This document shows positions 57,483 through 64,000 of a stretch of 64,000 nt of DNA, in pieces. The stretch is from a virus: IMG/VR virus record IMGVR_UViG_3300029892_000002. One strand, 5' to 3'. Both the position numbers and the translations under genes were made by a program. The notes under the pieces were generated by a model that did not search any database, had not been told where the DNA came from, and was given only the letters and a program-made list of their open reading frames with translations. Numbering within the stretch: the stretch's first letter is position 1; every line of letters begins with the position of its first letter.

Positions 57483-59642
57483 CTAGATCCTCAGGGAATT
57501 GATTTGCTCAGCAGATAGATACTGCATTAAGGCACCAGATGATACCTTGACATATGGAGGTTTTAGTCTGATAACTTCAGTACCAGAGCTTAATATTTCC
57601 ATGGTGTTATCGATACTTACGTCATAGTTAACCAACATATCTTCGGAGATGGTATCTACATAGACTTCAGATACATCTAGCAGAGAGATAGTTTCTTCTC
57701 TGGATGTGGTGTTATGATAGTCATAGACATTAACAGACGGTCTAGCTATTACGTTATGGTTGTTTTCACCATGAAGATCACCAGGTCTGATTGGTTGCCA
57801 GTTTATCAGTCTGATCTTAGATGCATTGATATCCGTGATGAATTGAACTGAATAACTACTCAGTTGTTTCATGATGGCTATCATAGCTCTTTGTATGAAA
57901 GCCAAAACCTTAGTAGGATCAATAAAGTAACCAGTAGCTTGTTCGAAGATATCCTGCATCAAGATCTTTCTATCAGCAGAACTAAAGTCATCGGTAGGAA
58001 GATTGCATTTAGACAACCAAGCTTCCATATCAAGACCATCTGGGTTGATAATCGGATGTGTGTCAAAATCGACTAGCACATCAAAGAACATTCTATTGAT
58101 CATCACAGCAACAGAACCATGGTCAGATATATCACCGACATTAGCTAAGAAGATCCAATGCGATACTCTAGCCTCATATAGAGACCTGGTATATTCATTG
58201 AATTGCTGTGTTGAATAGAATCTATCAGGTACGATGGGTAATGATCGATATAACATAGTAGCTATGTCTTGTCGTTCATATAAACCACTATGTTGAGCTA
58301 TGTCTGCTATACCCGTCCAGTTTTGATCATGTAGCCTACTGATACTATATGCCATGATCTTAGGTATACGTGGTGTTTCTATACCTAACTCATGACAAGC
58401 TAGATACATGTAATAGATAATAGCCTCATCAGTAGTCATAGTGATGACAGCTGTTTTGGTTGGATTGTTTACATTGATGACTGACTTATATTGCTGTGTG
58501 TACGCAGTATAAAGCCATTCATTGACCATGATTTCTTCTAGTGTATGTGGAACAGCATCGCTGTAATCATACATGAAGGATTCTAAATCCTTGGTCATCA
58601 TAACAGCATGACCTGAATTTTGGAATTTCTTTTCCATGCTACTGAACTTATCATCCCACTCATCTGAGTTACCTACAGCCAACGGGCGTTCTTTATCGCT
58701 GAGTTCCTTAAGGCTATAGTAGTCTTTCTCTGGTACGTTGTATTGGGTATTGAGTGGGGATTTACGATACCTATAGTTAGGATATCCGTAATTATCAAAC
58801 CCCTGATATTGTCTGGCTGTATATTCAGCGATAGGAATCTGGCGTTCTGTCAACAACCTATCTACCAGTAGTTTGAATACTGGCTTAATACCATTATGTC
58901 TCTCGATATACCTTAAGTTCCTATAGAGGAATAACCGTTGTCTTTCAGTAAGGTAATCATAGAAGATATCCAGATGGCCATGAGAAGCTAGGAAAGCCCT
59001 AACATGGAAACTATGAACCTCATTGGTATGTATTCTACGATTACGTAAATTGAATAGTCTTTGGACTATATTGAGATATAACACAGCTTGATAAGCAGCT
59101 ACGTAGTAGGTATCTGTAGTCATGAATGACTGAACATTCCACCTGACTAAATAGCCTTTGATCCATTTACCTAGCTCTTCTATGAGGGTTACTTCTCTTT
59201 CCTCTACTAGGTCTTCTGGATAGGTTAAGATGGTTCCATTTTCAGCAGCGATAGCTTCCTCGATATCGCATGGGAAGAGTATGCCTCTTATAAGAGACTC
59301 TTGCTCTGGATATCTATCTACTAGTTGATAATACTCCACACCGAGTTTCTGGTATGTAAGACGTGTATTATCATGAAGAGCAAGAAGTTCCTTTGAAAAA
59401 ACGATAGACTCAGCGGTATCTAATGAGTATATAGTCATGATCTCATCTTTAGGATGGTATTCTCCAGCTAAATGGAGATAATACTTCCATGTGGTAGGAT
59501 CATTGTAATCAACGGCATCCTGACCATACCTGATGATCATGTATTCGTTAATCAAACTAGCTGTATCACTGAACTTGATAGTGATCAATTTAGCCAATCG
59601 TATCGTATCGGCTTCGTATTTGCGTTTGAAATCCTCAAGCAT
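57483..59642 (-). CDS. Virion structural/baseplate protein (phiKZ-like)
   Basis: 719 aa; TWKYYLHLAGEYH, HSFHVRAFLASHG, FLYRNLRYI, QLSSYSVQF. Confidence 0.7.
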   Translation of the reverse strand: MLEDFKRKYEADTIRLAKLITIKFSDTASLINEYMIIRYGQDAVDYNDPTTWKYYLHLAGEYHPKDEIMTIYSLDTAESIVFSKELLALHDNTRLTYQKLGVEYYQLVDRYPEQESLIRGILFPCDIEEAIAAENGTILTYPEDLVEEREVTLIEELGKWIKGYLVRWNVQSFMTTDTYYVAAYQAVLYLNIVQRLFNLRNRRIHTNEVHSFHVRAFLASHGHLDIFYDYLTERQRLFLYRNLRYIERHNGIKPVFKLLVDRLLTERQIPIAEYTARQYQGFDNYGYPNYRYRKSPLNTQYNVPEKDYYSLKELSDKERPLAVGNSDEWDDKFSSMEKKFQNSGHAVMMTKDLESFMYDYSDAVPHTLEEIMVNEWLYTAYTQQYKSVINVNNPTKTAVITMTTDEAIIYYMYLACHELGIETPRIPKIMAYSISRLHDQNWTGIADIAQHSGLYERQDIATMLYRSLPIVPDRFYSTQQFNEYTRSLYEARVSHWIFLANVGDISDHGSVAVMINRMFFDVLVDFDTHPIINPDGLDMEAWLSKCNLPTDDFSSADRKILMQDIFEQATGYFIDPTKVLAFIQRAMIAIMKQLSSYSVQFITDINASKIRLINWQPIRPGDLHGENNHNVIARPSVNVYDYHNTTSREETISLLDVSEVYVDTISEDMLVNYDVSIDNTMEILSSGTEVIRLKPPYVKVSSGALMQYLSAEQINSLRI

Positions 59643-59668
59643 TCTTGAACCCTCTTTGGAGAAGCACT

Positions 59669-62317
59669 ATGGCTGACATCACGCCACTTAGAAAACTTGC
59701 CGAGATGGCGAATACAGGAAAAAAATATCCTGCTATGAAACTGGTTGGTGGTCAGCTAAAAAGCGCTGCTATTATCAGTAAGCTAGTTAAAGACCGTAAC
59801 GTACAGCCCTTTAACATCCATGATAAGAACAGTTTCTACAACCTAGATACTTCTGGGTTTAAACTTGTTTCGGATGAAGTAGCTGAAAAGATGCGTGCTG
59901 CTGAGAACATCATGCAGCTATTTCCGGACCTGGAGCTGGCAGCCCAGATCCTCATCAGCTCCATCCTATCGCCAAAAGATATGGTCAGCACTGAAGTTAT
60001 CTATAAGTTCAGTGAAAGTGTTATGCCGGCTTCTTTATCCGCACAATTCATCTCGGCTATAAGTGAGGAGATGGAGAAGCACTACGGCTTCAAGAAACAG
60101 CTTCCAGATATCCTTAGAGAAGCCATGTTTATATCTGGGGCCTATGTTAAGGCTGTTATCCCAGAATCAGCCGTTGATGATGTAATCAATAGCCAGTTTA
60201 ATGTATCTACAGAATCCATAGCTGAAATACTTGACAGCCCATCTATAGGTATCTTGGGTAATCCAGTCGTTCAATCTAGCTCCAATAAACTCTCCATGGA
60301 GTCTATCAGAGCTAAATATAAAGGTGGAGCTGTTGCTGGTTACAATCAGAACCTCCATATAGCTACAGAGTCTAATAGTAACCCAAGTCCTGGCGCTAGT
60401 AAGATGATGGAGTTGGTACAGATAACGGATAACTTTAAATATCTTAAGTTGCCTCATGCTCTTAAGACTCTATCTGAGAATAGCATCAGGAACACAGTAA
60501 GGTCTGTCAGTACAGAATCGGCAGCAGTTAGGTTCAGTGACAAAGAAATCACAGATATGTTCTTTAGGAAAGTTGATCCTAAGGAAGTTCCATTCGTAGC
60601 TGTTAAGACTAGGGATCAGACATCTAGGCCATCTGTAGGTAGACCGATGGATATGAAGATCCCAACCGAGGCTACCATACCTGTGTATATCCCTGGTGAT
60701 CCTAAGACACATGTTGGTTACTTCATTCTTCTAGATAAAGAAGGCAATCCATTAGTCTATACCAGGATGTTGCAGGTTATCGGTAGTATGAATGCAAGCC
60801 TTACCGATAATACCAACCAGGTAACTACACTACTTACCCAGAGAGCAAAAAGAAACCTGATTGGTAATAGTGATAGAAATCTATTTGTCAATGATTATAC
60901 CAAAGCTTATAAAGGTATCATTGAAGGCGATTTGATTTATCGACTGAAAAACGGTATCTATGGACAGCGCCTTGAATTAGGTGCGTCTGATCAAGTTTAT
61001 CAGATGATGATGGCCAGAACTCTTGCTGGTCAGTATACTAGACTTCTATATGTACCAGCTGAGATGGTGACTTATTTTGCTCTGAACTTCACTACAGATG
61101 GTATAGGTAAATCATTGCTCGACGATCTAAAAGTTCTGACGTCGTTGAGAGCTATTTTGCTATTCGCTAAAGTCATGGCTATGGCTAAGAACTCAATCGC
61201 CGTAACTCACGTCAACATGACCATCGATCCTGATGATCCAGATCCCATGAAAACCATTGAGACTGGTATCAATGAAGTCATCAAGATGCGTCAACAATAC
61301 TTTCCATTGGGTATCAACACTCCTCTTGATTTAGTCGATTGGGTACAACGTGCTGGTTTGGAATTTACCTTTGAAGGTCATCCAGGTATTCCTCAAACTA
61401 AGTTTGATTTTGAATCCAAGAATTTCCAACATCAGCTTCCTGATAACGAGCTAGACGAACTCTTGCGTAAACAAACCATCATGGCATTTGGACTTAGTCC
61501 AGAAACCGTTGATAATGGATTCGCTTCCGAGTTTGCTACTACCGTACTTGCTAATAACATTCTCCTATCAAAACGCGTGCTTCAATGGCAAGATAAACTC
61601 ACTCCATGTATGACTGGATATGTCAAACAAGTCATCAGGAATGACTTCACTGTCAGAGAACGTCTCTATACACTCATTGAAAATGAACTGGCTAGTGTAG
61701 ATAGATACCTCGATGCTGATCAGAAAACGCTACGTGATCACGATCAGAAGAAATTCATCAATTACCTGATAGACTATTATTCCACCTATCTGGAAATAAC
61801 CTTACCTAGACCTAATGTTACGTCAGTTGAAACACTATCTAGTGCATTTGATCAACAATCAGAAGCACTGGATAAAGCACTGGAGTTCTGGGTATCGTCT
61901 TCCTTCATGACTGAAGAACTGGTCGGTGAAGTTAGCCAGTCAATAGACGCTGTTAAGGTGGCTCTGAAAGCTTACTTTATGCGTCAGTGGATGTCAGAGA
62001 ATGGCTTCATGACAGAGCTAGCAGATATCGTGTCTACTAATGAAGAAGATAAACCAGTCCTAGATTTGAATGAAATCAATAAAGAACACATCCAAGGTGT
62101 GATGAGGGGTGTATTGGAATTCCTCAAAACTCTTGAGAATGCTCGTTCTGCTGGTAATAAAGACGTCCAGAAAATGAACGTAGAAGGTTCTGGTAGTATC
62201 GAACCATCTACTCCATCTAGCTCCTCAGAAACCGAATCTCAACCATCTGAAGGTGGTGAAGAAGGTGGCGGTGAGGGAGGTGGTGACTTTGATCTAGGCG
62301 ATGATATCAGTATCTAA
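59669..62317 (+). CDS. Portal protein (phiKZ gp129-like)
   Basis: About 880 aa; QLFPDLELAAQILISSILSPKD, P.E..IPVY.PG.P..HVGYF, QYFPLG, FGLSPETVD, acidic Gly-rich tail. ATG 59669 after GGAG. Confidence 0.8.
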   Translation: MADITPLRKLAEMANTGKKYPAMKLVGGQLKSAAIISKLVKDRNVQPFNIHDKNSFYNLDTSGFKLVSDEVAEKMRAAENIMQLFPDLELAAQILISSILSPKDMVSTEVIYKFSESVMPASLSAQFISAISEEMEKHYGFKKQLPDILREAMFISGAYVKAVIPESAVDDVINSQFNVSTESIAEILDSPSIGILGNPVVQSSSNKLSMESIRAKYKGGAVAGYNQNLHIATESNSNPSPGASKMMELVQITDNFKYLKLPHALKTLSENSIRNTVRSVSTESAAVRFSDKEITDMFFRKVDPKEVPFVAVKTRDQTSRPSVGRPMDMKIPTEATIPVYIPGDPKTHVGYFILLDKEGNPLVYTRMLQVIGSMNASLTDNTNQVTTLLTQRAKRNLIGNSDRNLFVNDYTKAYKGIIEGDLIYRLKNGIYGQRLELGASDQVYQMMMARTLAGQYTRLLYVPAEMVTYFALNFTTDGIGKSLLDDLKVLTSLRAILLFAKVMAMAKNSIAVTHVNMTIDPDDPDPMKTIETGINEVIKMRQQYFPLGINTPLDLVDWVQRAGLEFTFEGHPGIPQTKFDFESKNFQHQLPDNELDELLRKQTIMAFGLSPETVDNGFASEFATTVLANNILLSKRVLQWQDKLTPCMTGYVKQVIRNDFTVRERLYTLIENELASVDRYLDADQKTLRDHDQKKFINYLIDYYSTYLEITLPRPNVTSVETLSSAFDQQSEALDKALEFWVSSSFMTEELVGEVSQSIDAVKVALKAYFMRQWMSENGFMTELADIVSTNEEDKPVLDLNEINKEHIQGVMRGVLEFLKTLENARSAGNKDVQKMNVEGSGSIEPSTPSSSSETESQPSEGGEEGGGEGGGDFDLGDDISI

Positions 62318-62418
62318 CATATAACATCTACCTACCACTAGGACTTAGCCTGGTGGTAGGTAGATATTTCCAGTTAGACAACATAAAGTGGTTAGATTCA
62401 AAACAGGAGATCAGTAAA

Positions 62419-63897
62419 ATGTCAGATCGTTCTATGGTTACTCTTATCCACGCAGATAAGTTTTTTCATCCAGATGAGATCCAAAAACTATTCAATGCTG
62501 TATGCATGCTTCAATATCAACCATCTGAATATGGCAGTGAAGTAAAAGACTTTAACTTGCTATTTCCTGGTATTGAGAACATGTTCTCAAAAGCTGTTGG
62601 AGAACAAGTTGTACTGGAAGTAGAGAAATCTGGGTTATTCAGGAAACCCATGTTTGGGATTCATTTTGAATCATTCACAGATCCAGATGAATGGTGTTTC
62701 GTTATCGCGCTCGAACCTACTACGTTCAATGTGTTTCATCACATCTCTGGTGCTGAGAGTGCTTTACAGGGATTTCAATTTGGTTATAGAAACCCATTCG
62801 AATGGGGCGATGCTGTAGTCAACATCGAGCTCAAGACTAATCAAGGTCTATTTTTTAGGCCATGGTTATTCCATAGCCTGGATAAGGGCGTTGTTCAATA
62901 CTATAAACTCAAACCCAAGTATAACAAAGGAATGATTGGTTCTCTTTGGGCTATTGGTGATAATTCAGACTGTCAATTAGGTATTGGTGATGTTATTGAA
63001 ACCAATGAACCAATCAGAATTTCCACTACTGACTCTAGGTGGGTTAAAGTAGATAGCTTCAATATGCTTACAACAGCCGCCATCAAAGATAACGGCACAC
63101 TTTGGATGTGGGGTAGTAATACCTATTCAAAGATCGGCATAAGTGGCGCTATTGAATATACCACGCCAGTACAGATACCAGGTAATAACTGGAGTGATGT
63201 TTCTGTTGGTTTATTCCATACAGCAGCCATAAAGAATGATAACACTCTTTGGTTATGGGGTTGTAATGACGATTACCAGTTAGGCAATGTCAATAAAGAA
63301 ACGCAATCTTCACCCACACAAATCGTTGGTAATGACTGGAGTAAAGTAGCTTGTGGTGGATCTGCTACGGTAGCTATTAAGTTCAATGGTCTGATCTATG
63401 GTTGGGGTAATCTTAACAATCGCGGTGATGATGAGGTAAACTGTCCAGTTACCATTAGTGAAGATCGTAGATGGAAAGATGTTGCTATCAATGAAAATAA
63501 CGACATCATCGCCTTGAAGACAGATGGTAGTATCTGGGTTTGGGATGAGGGCTATCGTAAACCACGACAACTATGCGATTGTACTGATTGGGATAAGATA
63601 GTTATTGGAAACTTTACTTATGCCTGTATCAAACAAAACGGTACTTTCTGGCTATCTGGTATTGATGATGGTTCTTGTCTAGAACAGTTTGGTGATAAGA
63701 GTGACTGGGTAAGTCTATATGCATCTAGAAGCTTACCTACCGATGTGTTCTACCTAACAGACAGACTTGGTGATATTTATCGCTTAGACTACAACCCTAT
63801 TGATAGTGGATTAGATAAAGTTAACGATAGTGATAAATGGGGTTATGCTATTGGTGATCTATTTAGTATTGTTGCTATTAAGAAGGAACGATGTTAA
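62419..63897 (+). CDS. Fusion of a 2OG-Fe(II)-oxygenase-like domain and RCC1 repeats
   Basis: N-terminal IHFES...GLFFRPWLFHS (HxE...H); C-terminal repeats LW.WG.N...LG, W..VS.G..HTAAIK.D.TLW. Confidence 0.75.
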   Translation: MSDRSMVTLIHADKFFHPDEIQKLFNAVCMLQYQPSEYGSEVKDFNLLFPGIENMFSKAVGEQVVLEVEKSGLFRKPMFGIHFESFTDPDEWCFVIALEPTTFNVFHHISGAESALQGFQFGYRNPFEWGDAVVNIELKTNQGLFFRPWLFHSLDKGVVQYYKLKPKYNKGMIGSLWAIGDNSDCQLGIGDVIETNEPIRISTTDSRWVKVDSFNMLTTAAIKDNGTLWMWGSNTYSKIGISGAIEYTTPVQIPGNNWSDVSVGLFHTAAIKNDNTLWLWGCNDDYQLGNVNKETQSSPTQIVGNDWSKVACGGSATVAIKFNGLIYGWGNLNNRGDDEVNCPVTISEDRRWKDVAINENNDIIALKTDGSIWVWDEGYRKPRQLCDCTDWDKIVIGNFTYACIKQNGTFWLSGIDDGSCLEQFGDKSDWVSLYASRSLPTDVFYLTDRLGDIYRLDYNPIDSGLDKVNDSDKWGYAIGDLFSIVAIKKERC

Positions 63898-64000
63898 CCA
63901 TGGATGTACATTCTACCACTAATCCACGTGTTGTTAATTCCATGTTGATCTGTAGCGATGGTACTGTGCACTACTTGACCAACGCAGAAAAACTTTGGCT
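63891..64000 (+). CDS. Hypothetical protein, partial
   Basis: AAGGA RBS and ATG overlapping the previous stop; open to the window end. Confidence 0.5.
   Translation, partial: MLTMDVHSTTNPRVVNSMLICSDGTVHYLTNAEKLW

Noticed and set aside
1-64000. Stop-codon reassignment
   Set aside because: Core genes are full length in the standard code and end in TAA, TAG or TGA.

Overview
A 64-kb segment of a phiKZ-like jumbo myophage, read in the standard genetic code. The host is probably Gram-negative, judging by the spanin pair. No shell/chimallin gene lies in the window, so nucleus formation is not shown. The segment carries core virion and transcription genes: tail sheath and tube, head protease, three virion-type RNA polymerase pieces (beta N-part, beta C-part, beta' catalytic part), a 2.4-kaa gp181-like lysin, portal and baseplate/fibre proteins. 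It also carries dcd, UvsX, RNase H, SbcC and RuvC. The first 23 kb is densely invaded by selfish nucleases and promoter-led cassettes: (1) a free-standing double-HNH gene between sheath and tube; (2) an intact TnpA-less IS200/IS605 tnpB element whose removal restores an interrupted phage gene; (3) a second, catalytically intact tnpB with no recognisable transposon ends, whose omegaRNA runs into the ribosome-binding site of the next core gene; (4) a group I intron with an HNH gene splitting the vRNAP beta gene. Other oddities are a Peptidase_S74-like self-cleaving chaperone domain buried inside the gp181-like protein, an orphan 5' half of a CAU tRNA, a truncated SET-domain ORF, and a repeated promoter-leader cassette in front of unrelated accessory genes. 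All family assignments come from motif recognition and recall; no database search was run.
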